Assembly (NCBI GenBank): GCA_965116735.1
Contig: OZ220712.1
Span: 87,378 to 151,377 of the forward strand
Length of the DNA stretch: 64,000 bases
Reading direction: 5' to 3'
From: Thermodesulfobacteriota bacterium
Lineage (GTDB): Bacteria > Desulfobacterota > Binatia > UBA9968 > JAJDTQ01
The first letter of the stretch is position 1; each line of letters starts with the position of its first letter. The translations under genes were made by a program, and so were the position numbers. This document shows, in pieces, positions 32,264 to 42,186 of this stretch. Below the pieces are notes generated by a model. The model had not been told where the DNA came from and ran no database searches. It saw only the letters and a program-made list of their open reading frames with translations.

Positions 32264-33433
32264 ATGTGGAAGGGATTCAAGGTCATTGACGCGGACGCGC
32301 ACATGCACGAGCCGCAGTACCTCTGGGAGCGGTACGTCGAGCCCGCCTACCGGGACCAGGTGCCCAAGGTGGCGTTCATGGACGGGGCCTTCATGGTCTA
32401 TGAGCCGGACGGGCGGATCATTCCCAAGACCGAGAAGCAGCCGAAGCTGCCGGCCACCGCGTGGGCCGACATGGAGGCCAAGTACGGCGACGGGTACCGC
32501 ACTTGGTGGTCCGCGGAAACCCGGCTCAAGGACATGGACACGCACGGCTGGGATGTCCAGGTCCTGCTGCCCACGGGCAACAACGGCAACTTCGCCTACC
32601 GAGTGGCGCTGAAGGACGCCAAGCTCGGCGCCGCCATGTGCCGCGCCTACAACAACTGGTGCCGGGACTACTGCGACGCCGACCCCAAGCGCCTCAAGTT
32701 CGTGGCGGTGCTGCCGGCATCGGATACCGAGGCCATGCTGGTGGAGGCCCGGAGGGCCGTGGACGAGCTGGGCGCCGTGTCCGTGCGGAACCCTTTCCTG
32801 CCCGAGGGCAGGTGGCTGCATGAACCCGAGTACGACGCGCTGTGGGACCTGGCCTGTGAGCTGGACTTCCCCGTCTCCGTCCACGGCGAATACCGTCAAC
32901 GCCGCTTCCACCCGTTCGCCGGCGGCAACCGCGGCAACGTCGACGACCGCGACATGCAGATGCTGGCGCTGCGCGGCCTCGACCACGCCCTGGGCTTCCC
33001 GTGCGACAACATGGCCACCATGGGACAGTTCATCTTCACCGGCATCCTCGAACGTTTCCCAAAGCTGCGGCTGGGGATCCTCGAGTCCAACGTCGGTTGG
33101 GTGCCGTTCTGGCTCGGCCGGATGGACGAGCACACCCACGGACGCAACAGCGTCATGGGCAACGCGGTGGAGCGCCTGCCGATGCTCCCCAGCGAGTACT
33201 TCAAGCGGCAGATCACGGTGACCTGCGACAGCGACGAAAGCGCCCTGTCCTACGCGGTGGACCACCTCGACGGCGACAACATCGCCTGGAATACCGATTA
33301 CCCGCATCCCGATGCGCCACGGCCGGAGAAGGCGCTGCCCGATCTGGACGCGCAACCGATCACGGACGAGGCCAAGGGCAAGATCCTGTGGGACAACGCC
33401 GTCACGCTGTTCGGTTCCCGCATCCTCGAGTAA
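32264..33433 (+). CDS. Amidohydrolase_2 family protein
   Basis: IDADAH, SVHG, LESNVGW.P, WNTDYPHPD. Confidence 0.88.
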   Translation: MWKGFKVIDADAHMHEPQYLWERYVEPAYRDQVPKVAFMDGAFMVYEPDGRIIPKTEKQPKLPATAWADMEAKYGDGYRTWWSAETRLKDMDTHGWDVQVLLPTGNNGNFAYRVALKDAKLGAAMCRAYNNWCRDYCDADPKRLKFVAVLPASDTEAMLVEARRAVDELGAVSVRNPFLPEGRWLHEPEYDALWDLACELDFPVSVHGEYRQRRFHPFAGGNRGNVDDRDMQMLALRGLDHALGFPCDNMATMGQFIFTGILERFPKLRLGILESNVGWVPFWLGRMDEHTHGRNSVMGNAVERLPMLPSEYFKRQITVTCDSDESALSYAVDHLDGDNIAWNTDYPHPDAPRPEKALPDLDAQPITDEAKGKILWDNAVTLFGSRILE

Positions 33434-33436
33434 CAG

Positions 33437-34894
33437 ATGGACGAGATCCGATTCGTAGACACCACGTTGCGCGACGGCCACCAGAGCCTCTGGGCCGAGC
33501 GGATGACCACCGGCATGATGCTGCCCGTGGCCCGGACCATGGACGAGGCCGGGTTCGATGCCATCGAGCTCATGTCCGCCTCCCACCTGAAGAAGTGCGT
33601 CCGCGAGCTCAAGGAGGATCCCTGGGACCGGGTGCGGATGGTGGCGGAGCGCGTCACCCGCACGCCGTTGCGCCTCATGGCCGGCCGGGTCAACGCGTTC
33701 GAGATCACGCCGGTGTCGGTGTACGAGCTGTTCATCGAGCGGATGGCGGCCAACGGCATCCGGCAGGCGCGCATCTCCGAGGAGTGGAACGAGCTGGAGG
33801 GGTGGGAGCGCAAGGTCGGCATCGCGCGCAAGAACGGCCTCCAGCCCATCGTCAACCTGATCTACTCGGTGTCGCCGAAGCACACCGACGAGTACTATGC
33901 GCGGAAGACCCGCGAGGCCGCCTCCCTGGGGGTCCCGTACCTCTGCCTCAAGGACCCCGGCGGCCTGCTCACCCCCGAGCGCACGCGCACCCTGGTGCCG
34001 ATGATATTCGAGAACTCCGGCGGTATCCCGGTGGAGCTGCACACCCACTGCACCACGGGGCTTGGACCCCTTTGCTGCCTGGAGGCGGTGAAGCTCGGCA
34101 TCCGCACCGTCAACACGGCGGTGCCGCCGCTGGCCAACGCCTCGTCGAACCCGTCGGTGTTCAGCGTCGCCGCCAACCTCCGCGCCCTGGGCTACGCCTG
34201 CGCGGTGGACATGGACGCGCTGGAGGAAGTGTCCGAGCACTTCACCAACGTCGCCCGGCAGGAAGGCTTTCCCATGGGCGCCCCGGTGGAATACGACTAT
34301 GCCCAGTACCAGCACCAGGTTCCGGGCGGGATGATCTCGAACCTCCGCCATCAGCTCGCCAAGGTGGGCCTGGAAGACAAGGTCGAGGAGGCGCTGGAAG
34401 AGGTGGTGCGGGTGCGGGCCGATCTCGGCTACCCCATCATGGTCACGCCGCTCTCGCAGTTCGTGGGCAGCCAGGCGGCCATCAACGTCATCGTCGGCGA
34501 GCGCTACCGGGAAGTCACCGACCAGATCATCCAGTACGCGCTCGGCCTTTGGGGCCGGGAGGGCGCCGAGACCATGGACCCCGACGTCAAGCACAAGATC
34601 CTGGACCGGCCCCGCGGCAAGGAAATGGCCGAGTGGGAGCCCCCGGACCTCGCCATCGAAGAGGTGCGGCGCAAGCTCGGCGGCCCGGGGGTGACCGACG
34701 AGGAGCTGCTGCTCCGCTGGATGCTCAGCGAAGAAGAGATCGCCGCCATGCGCGCCGCCGGTCCGCCGCGGGAATACCTGAGCGCCAGGCTGCCCATGGT
34801 GACGCTGATGGAGCGGCTCACCGGCCGCAGCTATGCCGGCATCCACGTTCGCCGGCCGGGCCTGTCGCTGTCGCTGCAGAAGGGCGGAGCGTAG
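33437..34894 (+). CDS. Pyruvate/oxaloacetate carboxyltransferase domain protein lacking a biotinyl domain
   Basis: DTTLRDGHQSL, LKDPGG, LHTHCTTG, HQVPGGMISN, LGYPIMVTPLSQFVG; no MKM biotin motif. Confidence 0.85.
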   Translation: MDEIRFVDTTLRDGHQSLWAERMTTGMMLPVARTMDEAGFDAIELMSASHLKKCVRELKEDPWDRVRMVAERVTRTPLRLMAGRVNAFEITPVSVYELFIERMAANGIRQARISEEWNELEGWERKVGIARKNGLQPIVNLIYSVSPKHTDEYYARKTREAASLGVPYLCLKDPGGLLTPERTRTLVPMIFENSGGIPVELHTHCTTGLGPLCCLEAVKLGIRTVNTAVPPLANASSNPSVFSVAANLRALGYACAVDMDALEEVSEHFTNVARQEGFPMGAPVEYDYAQYQHQVPGGMISNLRHQLAKVGLEDKVEEALEEVVRVRADLGYPIMVTPLSQFVGSQAAINVIVGERYREVTDQIIQYALGLWGREGAETMDPDVKHKILDRPRGKEMAEWEPPDLAIEEVRRKLGGPGVTDEELLLRWMLSEEEIAAMRAAGPPREYLSARLPMVTLMERLTGRSYAGIHVRRPGLSLSLQKGGA

Positions 34895-34917
34895 CGCAAT
34901 ACAGAAAGGGAGGGCTC

Positions 34918-35400
34918 ATGCCGGATCTGATCACCCTCGGACGTTCGGTTGGCGAATTGCTCAAGGAACGGAACCAGACCGTGGCGGTGGCCGAGTCCTC
35001 CACCGGCGGCCTGATCTCCGCGGCGCTGCTGTCGTTGCCCGGAGCGTCGGCCTATTTCGTCGGCGGCGGCGTCATCTACACCCGGCATGCCCGGGCGGGC
35101 CTCCTGATGATGCCCGAGAGCGAGGTGACGGTCCGTGGCAGCACCGAACCCTACGCGCTCAACATGGCGCGATTGATCCAGGGGCGGTTGAACACCACCT
35201 GGGGCCTTTCCGAGAGCGGCGCAACCGGCCCCACGGGCAACCGCTACGGCGACGCCGCCGGCCACAGTTGCATGGCCGTCGTCGGACCGGTAGAGAGGGC
35301 CATCACCATCGAGACCGGCGATTCGGACCGGGAAGCAAACATGTGGGCCTTCACCAAGGCCGCCCTGACGCTGCTGGAAGAGGCGCTCCGCCAAGGCTAG
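34918..35400 (+). CDS. CinA C-terminal / PncC-like NMN amidohydrolase
   Basis: VAVAESSTGGLI..PGASAYF.GG, SG.TGP; ATG 34918 after GGGAGG. Confidence 0.85.
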   Translation: MPDLITLGRSVGELLKERNQTVAVAESSTGGLISAALLSLPGASAYFVGGGVIYTRHARAGLLMMPESEVTVRGSTEPYALNMARLIQGRLNTTWGLSESGATGPTGNRYGDAAGHSCMAVVGPVERAITIETGDSDREANMWAFTKAALTLLEEALRQG

Positions 35401-35496
35401 CGCCATGTGCCAAGCCCCCTCCGGCTCCCTCTCCCTCTGGGAGAGGGTTGGGGTGAGGGCCGCCGAGGATCGGATGGCGATGTCGGGAGCAATCAA

Positions 35497-36831
35497 ATGA
35501 CCTCCAGGGACGATCTCAAAGCCGAGGCCTGCCGCGTCATCGACGCCCGCAGGCAGGAGATCGTCGACCTCGGCGAGACGATCCTGCGCAACCCGGAGAC
35601 GGGTTTCAACGAGAACAAGACCGCGGACCTGGTTGCCGCGCGGCTTCAGGGGCTCGGGGTCGAGCCCGAGCGGGGCCTGGCCGTCACCGGCGTCAAGGGC
35701 CGGCGCGAGTGCGGCGGTCCGGGTCCGACCCTGGCCATACTGGGAGAGTTGGACGCGCTCGTGGTGCCGGACCACCCCCATGCCGATCCCCGGACCGGCG
35801 CGGCCCATGCCTGCGGCCACAACGCTCAAGTCGCGGGGATGGTGGGCGCGGCCATGGGGCTGCTGTCCGCCGCGGTGTTGCCGGCGCTCGGCGGTTCGCT
35901 GGTGTTCTTCGCCGTTCCCGCCGAAGAGATGATCGACGTCGACGGGCGCATGCGTCGCAAGGCGCGCGACGAACTCGAGTTTCTCTCGGGCAAGGCGGAG
36001 CTCATCCGGCTCGGGCACTTCGACGACGTCGACCTGGCGATGATGTTCCACACCAAGACCGACACCCTGGCCTCCCACGTCGCGCGCTCCTCCAACGGCG
36101 CCATCATCAAGAAGATCCGCTTCATCGGCAAGGCCGCGCACGCGGGCGGGAGTCCTCAGAAGGGCATCAACGCCCTCAACGCAGCCAACCTGGCCATGAC
36201 CGCCATCGCCTATCAGCGCGAGACCTTCTACGATGACGACACCATCCGCATCCACCCCATCATCACACGGGGCGGCGACGCCGTCAGCGTGGTGCCGGCG
36301 GAGGTGACCCTGGAGACGTTCATTCGCGGCAAGACCCTGGAGGGCATCCTCGACGCCAACCGCAAGGTGGACAACGCGCTGCGGGGCTCGGCCATGGCGG
36401 TGGGCGCATCGGTGGAGATCACCACGGTGCCCGGTTACCTGCCGCAGACCAACAACGAGGCCATGGCCCGTCTGTGGGGCGACAACGCCGAGGCGCTGTT
36501 CGGCGCCGGCCAGTTCGCGCTCGGCACCGAGCACCGCACCAGCAGCACCGACTTCGGCGACCTCGCCCACATCATGCCGGCGGTGCAGCCCTACGTCGCC
36601 GGCGCCGCCGGCGGCGGGCACACCAACGGATATCTCCTGGTGGACCACGACTCGGTCTACGTGAAGTCCGCCAAGCTGCTGGCCATGACCGCCATCGACC
36701 TGCTGCACGACGGCGCCGGAGCGGCACGGCGGATCCTCCGGGAAGACAAGCCCCGGATGACGAAGCGGGCGTACCTGGACTATCAGCGCAAGCTCGACGC
36801 GACGGAGGTGTTCGAGCCCGACGGTCGCTAG
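35497..36831 (+). CDS. M20-family amidohydrolase
   Basis: NPETGF.E, GELDAL, HACGHNAQ, PAEE, GKAAHAG, STDFGD. Confidence 0.88.
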   Translation: MTSRDDLKAEACRVIDARRQEIVDLGETILRNPETGFNENKTADLVAARLQGLGVEPERGLAVTGVKGRRECGGPGPTLAILGELDALVVPDHPHADPRTGAAHACGHNAQVAGMVGAAMGLLSAAVLPALGGSLVFFAVPAEEMIDVDGRMRRKARDELEFLSGKAELIRLGHFDDVDLAMMFHTKTDTLASHVARSSNGAIIKKIRFIGKAAHAGGSPQKGINALNAANLAMTAIAYQRETFYDDDTIRIHPIITRGGDAVSVVPAEVTLETFIRGKTLEGILDANRKVDNALRGSAMAVGASVEITTVPGYLPQTNNEAMARLWGDNAEALFGAGQFALGTEHRTSSTDFGDLAHIMPAVQPYVAGAAGGGHTNGYLLVDHDSVYVKSAKLLAMTAIDLLHDGAGAARRILREDKPRMTKRAYLDYQRKLDATEVFEPDGR

Positions 36832-36892
36832 TGGCGGTCGCGCGGGGTTTTCGGGTGGGTTGGCCCCGGCGGGAACGGAAAAGGAGTTGCAA

Positions 36893-37648
36893 ATGGGTAA
36901 CGTAGCTGGTCCGGCGGGTATCGCGAGGGCACTCGGTGCCGCGACGCTTCTGGCGGTGGCGCTGCTGGTCTTCTCCACCGCGGCGCACGCGCAGCGGGGG
37001 AGTGGACTCTATCTGGCCGCGGATCTGGGCATGGCCTTGAGCTCCACCTCGGACATCAAATCAGGGGGCACGAAAGGCAAGACCGACTTCGATTCCTCCT
37101 TGGGATACAGCGCCGCTCTCGGCTTCGGCTGGGGTCCGTTGCGGATGGAGGGAGAGGCCTCGTGGCGGGAAACCGACGTCGACTCCATCAGGTATGCCCG
37201 GTTCAGCGTAAATGGAGTTCCGCTCAGTCCCGAGACTGTCGCCGAAATCAACAACCAGGTGGACCTGAAAGGGAGCCGTGCGACGTTGAGTTTCATGGCC
37301 AACGCCTGGTACGACGTGGACGTAGGCATCGGTTTCGCACCGTATTTCGGCGGCGGCCTCGGCGTCCAGTACGTGAGATACGACATCGATCGACCGGACG
37401 ATACTGTGGAATACGAGCCCGACGTACTCCGAGCCGCCAGAACCATCGGCGGCGACGACGGCGACTGGGTGCTCGCCTACCAGTTCGGCGGCGGAGTGGC
37501 GTATCGGCTGATGGAGTCGCTGGTGGTTCAGGTGGGCTATCGGTACATGGGCGCGGGCGACCCGAAGCTCAAATCGCTCTCCGATTCCTCGGCCAAGTCC
37601 GAGTCCGGCAACCACGTCTTCCGGGCGGGCATCCGCATCGGGTTCTAG
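36893..37648 (+). CDS. Outer-membrane beta-barrel protein (OmpA-like/Opa-type)
   Basis: Signal peptide ending AHA, MANAWYD, PYFGGGLG, C-terminal aromatic RIGF. Confidence 0.8.
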   Translation: MGNVAGPAGIARALGAATLLAVALLVFSTAAHAQRGSGLYLAADLGMALSSTSDIKSGGTKGKTDFDSSLGYSAALGFGWGPLRMEGEASWRETDVDSIRYARFSVNGVPLSPETVAEINNQVDLKGSRATLSFMANAWYDVDVGIGFAPYFGGGLGVQYVRYDIDRPDDTVEYEPDVLRAARTIGGDDGDWVLAYQFGGGVAYRLMESLVVQVGYRYMGAGDPKLKSLSDSSAKSESGNHVFRAGIRIGF

Positions 37649-38499
37649 TCCGCGTCCCGGCCCTTCGGTTCCGGGGTTCGATGCTCGGGGTTCGCCATGA
37701 ACGAGCGCCAGGCGTCCCAGTACCGCTCTCCGCCCGCGAGATAGGTGTCGTTGTGCCCCGCTCCGGCAATGACGTGGAAGTGCTTGGGCGGGTTGGCAAG
37801 CTCGAAGAGCCGCTGCCCCTGGGCGAGGGGGACGATCCGGTCGGCGTCCCCGTGAAGGATCAACACCGGGAGTCTTACTCGGGGAAGGTACTTGAGGTTG
37901 TTGAACTCCTGGGAGACGAGCCATCTCACGGGAAGAAGGGGGAAGACCGTTCTCCCCATGGCCACCAGGCTCTCGAAGGGTGACTCGAGTATCAGGCCAC
38001 GGGCCGCCGCGCCCTCGGCGACGATGCGGACCACGACGGCCGCGCCGAGAGAACGGCCGAAGACAAAGATCCGTTCCGGCGCCACCCGCCGGCGCAGCCA
38101 GGCGTACGCGCCCCGGGCATCCTCGTAGAGGCCCGGCTCCCCGGGCTTTCCATCGCTCCGCCCGAAGCCCCTGTAGTCGAACAGGAAGACTCCCGCGCGC
38201 AGTTCCGTGTGGATCATGGCGATGTTGTGAGCCCGGTGGGAGAGGTTGCCCGCGTTGCCGTGCGCCCAGAGCAGCACCGGGCGGTCCGGACCGGGGGGTT
38301 CCACGTACCAGCCGTGCAGGCGGACGCCGTCCCCGGCCTGGAAGCGCACGTCCTCGAAGCGTACGCCGTGATCGGCGGGAGTGACGTCGATCTGCCGGAG
38401 CGGGTGGTAGAGGAAGAAGTTCTCGAGGAAGCCGGTAAAGCTCATCAGCAGAACGGCCGGAAAGGACCAGAGGACGGATCGACGCCCTATCGCCCGCAC
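37645..38499 (-). CDS. Alpha/beta hydrolase (ABHD13/Bem46-like)
   Basis: HGNAGN, DYRGFG.SDG.P.E.GLY.D, GRSLG, HGDAD, GAGHND. Confidence 0.88.
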   Translation of the reverse strand: MRAIGRRSVLWSFPAVLLMSFTGFLENFFLYHPLRQIDVTPADHGVRFEDVRFQAGDGVRLHGWYVEPPGPDRPVLLWAHGNAGNLSHRAHNIAMIHTELRAGVFLFDYRGFGRSDGKPGEPGLYEDARGAYAWLRRRVAPERIFVFGRSLGAAVVVRIVAEGAAARGLILESPFESLVAMGRTVFPLLPVRWLVSQEFNNLKYLPRVRLPVLILHGDADRIVPLAQGQRLFELANPPKHFHVIAGAGHNDTYLAGGERYWDAWRSFMANPEHRTPEPKGRDAD

Positions 38500-38521
38500 G
38501 CCGCCGTTCTCCGCACCGACG

Positions 38522-39895
38522 CTACCGGTTCTCCGCCTTGTCGAAGTACTCCCGCGTCACCTTGAAGACCATGGGCGCCAGCAGCAACAGGCCGATGAGG
38601 TTGGGCACCGCCATCAGCCCGTTGAGGGTGTCCGAGAGGTTCCAGACGAAGGCCACCTTGACGTTTGCGAAGGTCAGGGCCGCCAGCACCCAGAGTCCGC
38701 GGTAGACCAACAGGCTGTTCTCGCTGAACAGGAACTGCCAGCAGCGCTCTCCGTAGTAGGACCAGCCGAGAATGGTGGTGAAGGCGAAGACCGCCAGCGC
38801 CACGGTGACGATGTAGCGCCCGCCCGTCACCGTGCTCTCGAAGCCCGCCGAGGTGAGCACCACGCCGGTGAGGCCGCCGCCGTCCGCGCCTGTCAACGTC
38901 CACGCCCCCGAGGTCAGGATCACCAGCGCCGTCATGGTGCAGACGACGATGGTGTCGATGAACGTCCCCAGCATGGCGATGACGCCCTGCCGCACCGGGC
39001 TGTTGGTCTGCGCCGCGGCGTGGGCGATGGCCGCCGAGCCCAGCCCGGACTCGTTGGAGAACACCCCGCGCGCCACGCCGAAGCGGACGGCCGCCGCCAC
39101 CGCCGCGCCCGCGAAGCCGCCGGCCGCCGCCGCCGGCGTGAAAGCGTGGGTGAAGATCAGCGCGATGGCCGCCGGCACCGAGGTGATGTTGATGACGATG
39201 ATCAGCAGAGCGGCGCCGATGTAGAGCACGATCATGGCCGGCACCAGCTTGCCGGCCACCTCGCCGATGCGCTGTATGCCGCCGATCACCACCACCCCGA
39301 CCAGCACCGCCACGATCACACCGGTGAGCCAGGTGGGGACGCCGAAGCTGTCCACCAGCGCCGTGGCCATGGAGTTCACCTGTACCGCGTTGCCGATGCC
39401 GAAGGCCGCCACCGCGCCGAAGACCGCGAACGCCAGCCCGAGCCACTTGCCGAGCTCCGGAGCGAACTCTCCCACGCCGTTGCGCAGGTAGTACATGGGG
39501 CCGCCGACGTGATGGCCGTTGCCGTCCACCTCCCGGTAGGTGACCGCGCACACCGCCTCCGCGTACTTGGTGGCCATGCCGAAGAGAGCGATGAGCCACA
39601 TGTAGAAGATCGCCCCCGGCCCGCCCAACGCGATGGCGGTGGCGACGCCGGCGATGTTGCCGGTGCCCACCGTGGCCGACAGCGCGGTCATGAGCGCGTT
39701 GAAGGGCTTGACCTCGCCCTCCCCGGCGGCTCCGCTCTTGTCGAACAGCAGGCGAAAGCCGTAACCCACCTTGCGCCAGGGCATGAACACCAGGCCCAGT
39801 GTCAGGAGCACGCCGGTCACTCCCAGCATGCCCAGCATGGGCGGCCCCCAGGCGAATGCGTTGACCGAGTCGATAATGGAGTTCAGGCGTTCCAT
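38522..39895 (-). CDS. Sodium:alanine/glycine symporter (AGCS family)
   Basis: TVGTGNIAGVA, GGPGAIF, GGPMYY, FSNESGLGS, FTTILGWSYYG, PNLIG. Confidence 0.93.
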   Translation of the reverse strand: MERLNSIIDSVNAFAWGPPMLGMLGVTGVLLTLGLVFMPWRKVGYGFRLLFDKSGAAGEGEVKPFNALMTALSATVGTGNIAGVATAIALGGPGAIFYMWLIALFGMATKYAEAVCAVTYREVDGNGHHVGGPMYYLRNGVGEFAPELGKWLGLAFAVFGAVAAFGIGNAVQVNSMATALVDSFGVPTWLTGVIVAVLVGVVVIGGIQRIGEVAGKLVPAMIVLYIGAALLIIVINITSVPAAIALIFTHAFTPAAAAGGFAGAAVAAAVRFGVARGVFSNESGLGSAAIAHAAAQTNSPVRQGVIAMLGTFIDTIVVCTMTALVILTSGAWTLTGADGGGLTGVVLTSAGFESTVTGGRYIVTVALAVFAFTTILGWSYYGERCWQFLFSENSLLVYRGLWVLAALTFANVKVAFVWNLSDTLNGLMAVPNLIGLLLLAPMVFKVTREYFDKAENR

Positions 39896-39926
39896 GGCAT
39901 CCTCCGCGGCTCTGGGTTGCGCGCGG

Positions 39927-41210
39927 CTACGCGGACAGCGCCGAGTTCACGGCGCGGCTGAGCTCGAACAGCCGGTGATCGTGACCGCGGTGACCCACCA
40001 GTTGCAAGCCTACCGGGAGGCCCGAGGGGCCCGTGAAGAGGGGAAGCGTCACGCACGGCACGTGGGTCCAGGTGGCGAGGATGTTGAAGGCGGTGTCGCC
40101 GGTGCTGTCCAGCCCCTCGGGGGCTTCGCCCGTGGCGCTGGGGGTCAGCAGCACGTCGATCTCCCTGGAGGCCTCCTCCAGAGAGGCGCGGCACGCCGCC
40201 ATGACCCGCTCCGATTCCCGGTATTCCTCATAGGACACCACGGGCCAATCCTTCATCTTGCCCTGCTGGTACTCGCTCAACAGTTCGAAGTGATGCGTGC
40301 GCTCCCACGTCAAGGCGCGCGCGATCTCGTAGTCGCTGAGGCGCCGGCCCATGGCCTCGAAGTCCGCGAACGGCCCGCCGAGGTCTACATCCGATACCGC
40401 CGCTCCGGCCTTCGAGAGTTCGGCGGCGGCGCCTTCCACCAGGGCCTTGGTGTAGTCATGCGCACGGTCCCAGAGCGGCGTGCGGCACAGTCCCACCCGA
40501 AGCCCCTTCACCGAAACCGGCGCCAGCGGCCGTACCGGCTCGCCGGTGACCGCCGCCCGGAAGAGGGGGAGATCCTCCACGGCCCGGCCGAAAAGCCCCA
40601 CCGTGTCGAAGGAGCCGGTGTTCTCCTTCACTCCCTCGGCGCTGATCTCTCCGAAGGTGGGCTTGTACGCCACGCAGCCGCAGAACGACGCCGGCCGGAT
40701 CACCGAGCCGAGGGTCTGGGTGCCGAAGGCCATGAAGGTCATGAAGTCCCCCACCGCGGCGGCCGAGCCGCTGGAGGAGCCGCCGGGCGTGTGGGTCGGG
40801 TCGTGGGGGTTGTGGGTCTTGCCGGGATGGCGGCTCGCGAACTCCGCGGTGACGGTCTTGCCCAGAAGCACACCGCCCGCCGCCCGCGTGAGCGCCACGC
40901 ACGCCGCGTCCGCCCGGGGCCGGAAGCCCTCCCAGATGGGCGAGCCGTAGCTCGTGGGCATGTCGGCGGTGTCGATGATATCCTTGACCGCGAACGGAAG
41001 GCCGTGCACCGGCCCGCGGTTCGACGCGCGGTCGCGCTCCCGCGCCTGCGCCAGTGAGTAGTCGGCGTCCAGGTGGACCCAGGCTTCCACCTCCGGCTCC
41101 CGTTCCTCGATCCGCTCCAGGCACGCCCGGACCAGTTCCTCGGAAGTCACCTTGCCCTGTTGGATCAGTCCCACGGCTTCACTGGCGGAGAGTCGGCACA
41201 AGTCGTTCAT
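39927..41210 (-). CDS. Amidase signature family protein
   Basis: GLPFAVKD, PGGSSSGSAAAV, GTQTLGSVIRPASFCG; start ATG 41210 after AGAGG. Confidence 0.92.
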   Translation of the reverse strand: MNDLCRLSASEAVGLIQQGKVTSEELVRACLERIEEREPEVEAWVHLDADYSLAQARERDRASNRGPVHGLPFAVKDIIDTADMPTSYGSPIWEGFRPRADAACVALTRAAGGVLLGKTVTAEFASRHPGKTHNPHDPTHTPGGSSSGSAAAVGDFMTFMAFGTQTLGSVIRPASFCGCVAYKPTFGEISAEGVKENTGSFDTVGLFGRAVEDLPLFRAAVTGEPVRPLAPVSVKGLRVGLCRTPLWDRAHDYTKALVEGAAAELSKAGAAVSDVDLGGPFADFEAMGRRLSDYEIARALTWERTHHFELLSEYQQGKMKDWPVVSYEEYRESERVMAACRASLEEASREIDVLLTPSATGEAPEGLDSTGDTAFNILATWTHVPCVTLPLFTGPSGLPVGLQLVGHRGHDHRLFELSRAVNSALSA

Positions 41211-41230
41211 CGACGTTGTCCTCTGGCTAG

Positions 41231-41387
41231 TGTGGTGTCTGGTTAATTCGCACAATAATCTGCGGGTCTTTTTCGCCGTCGGCTGCGTTGCTCTTCCTCG
41301 CGTGGTGCCTGCCACTGCTCGTCATCGCGCCTTGCCGACGACGAAAAATCCTCCGCATATTATTATGCGAATTAACCAGACACCACA
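41231..41387. mobile_element. MITE-like element (157 bp) with CTAG target duplication
   Basis: 22-bp perfect terminal IR TGTGGTGTCTGGTTAATTCGCA extending imperfectly inward; CTAG at 41227-30 and 41388-91; no transposase. Confidence 0.8.
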
Positions 41388-41488
41388 CTAGTGTTTTTGT
41401 TGGCGATGATGGAGACTTTGCCATAACACGTTTTCGTGCGGGATTCGACTGAGAATGAGACAAGGCCCCGAGGGCCGGGAGGTGAGGT

Positions 41489-41896
41489 ATGATCAAGACC
41501 AAGGGACTCTACCACAGCGGCATCCCCGTGAACGATATCGACCGGGCGGTGGCCTTCTACCGCGATGTCCTGGGCATGGAGGTGGCCAACGTCGCCCGCG
41601 ACGACCTCCGGGGACTCGGCCGCGCCGACATGCGCTCCGGCAAGAGCATCGTGGTGCTGTTCCAGCGCCCCAACCCCATCGACCGCGACGCACTCGCCGA
41701 AGACGGCGTCACCCACCAGGCCTTCTACGTCGACAGCGACGACTTCGACAACGCCGAGGAACGCATGCGCGCAGCCGGCGTCCGCATCCACGAGGTCCCG
41801 GTGGTGGAGCGCCGCTCCGGCCGCGGCTTCTACTTCTTCGACCCCGACGGCAACCTGCTCCAGCTCTACGCCCCGCCGCGGCGGAAGGAGGGGTGA
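41489..41896 (+). CDS. VOC/glyoxalase family protein
   Basis: H.GIPVNDIDRA..FYRDVLG, HQAF, FYFFDPDGNLL. Confidence 0.88.
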   Translation: MIKTKGLYHSGIPVNDIDRAVAFYRDVLGMEVANVARDDLRGLGRADMRSGKSIVVLFQRPNPIDRDALAEDGVTHQAFYVDSDDFDNAEERMRAAGVRIHEVPVVERRSGRGFYFFDPDGNLLQLYAPPRRKEG

Positions 41897-41903
41897 GCCC
41901 ATT

Positions 41904-41941
41904 CTGGACAAAATATTTGGCTGGTCATATAATGTGTCCAG
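41904..41941 (+). promoter_or_regulatory. Sigma70-type promoter with overlapping operator IR for the Phd-VapC operon
   Basis: TGGACA (41905-10), 17 bp, TATAAT (41928-33); IR CTGGACA/TGTCCAG. Confidence 0.7.
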
Positions 41942-41961
41942 TAGAGCGCGGAGGTACAGCC

Positions 41962-42186
41962 ATGAAGACGATCGGGGCCGCCAAGTTCAAGGAGCAATGC
42001 CTGGCTTTACTGGACAGCCTTGACACGGAGGGATTGATCGTCACCAAGCACGGCAAACCCGTGGCGCGGGTGGTTCCCTACGACCAGCAGTGGGCCGACC
42101 TCATCGGCAGCTTGCGACACAAGATCGAGATCAAGGGCGATATCTTCAGTACGGGTGTTCGCTGGGACGCGGATGCTCAATCTTGA
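41962..42186 (+). CDS. Phd/YefM-family antitoxin
   Basis: MKTIGAAKFKEQCLALLD..IVTKHGKPVARVVP; GGAGG RBS. Confidence 0.9.
   Translation: MKTIGAAKFKEQCLALLDSLDTEGLIVTKHGKPVARVVPYDQQWADLIGSLRHKIEIKGDIFSTGVRWDADAQS

Noticed and set aside
33001-35400. Apparent 799-aa fusion ending in CinA, and similar N-extended ORFs (25235, 27197, 41455, 10579, 55566-57473)
   Set aside because: Only the C-terminal parts are real genes with their own RBS/start; the extensions overlap other genes out of frame
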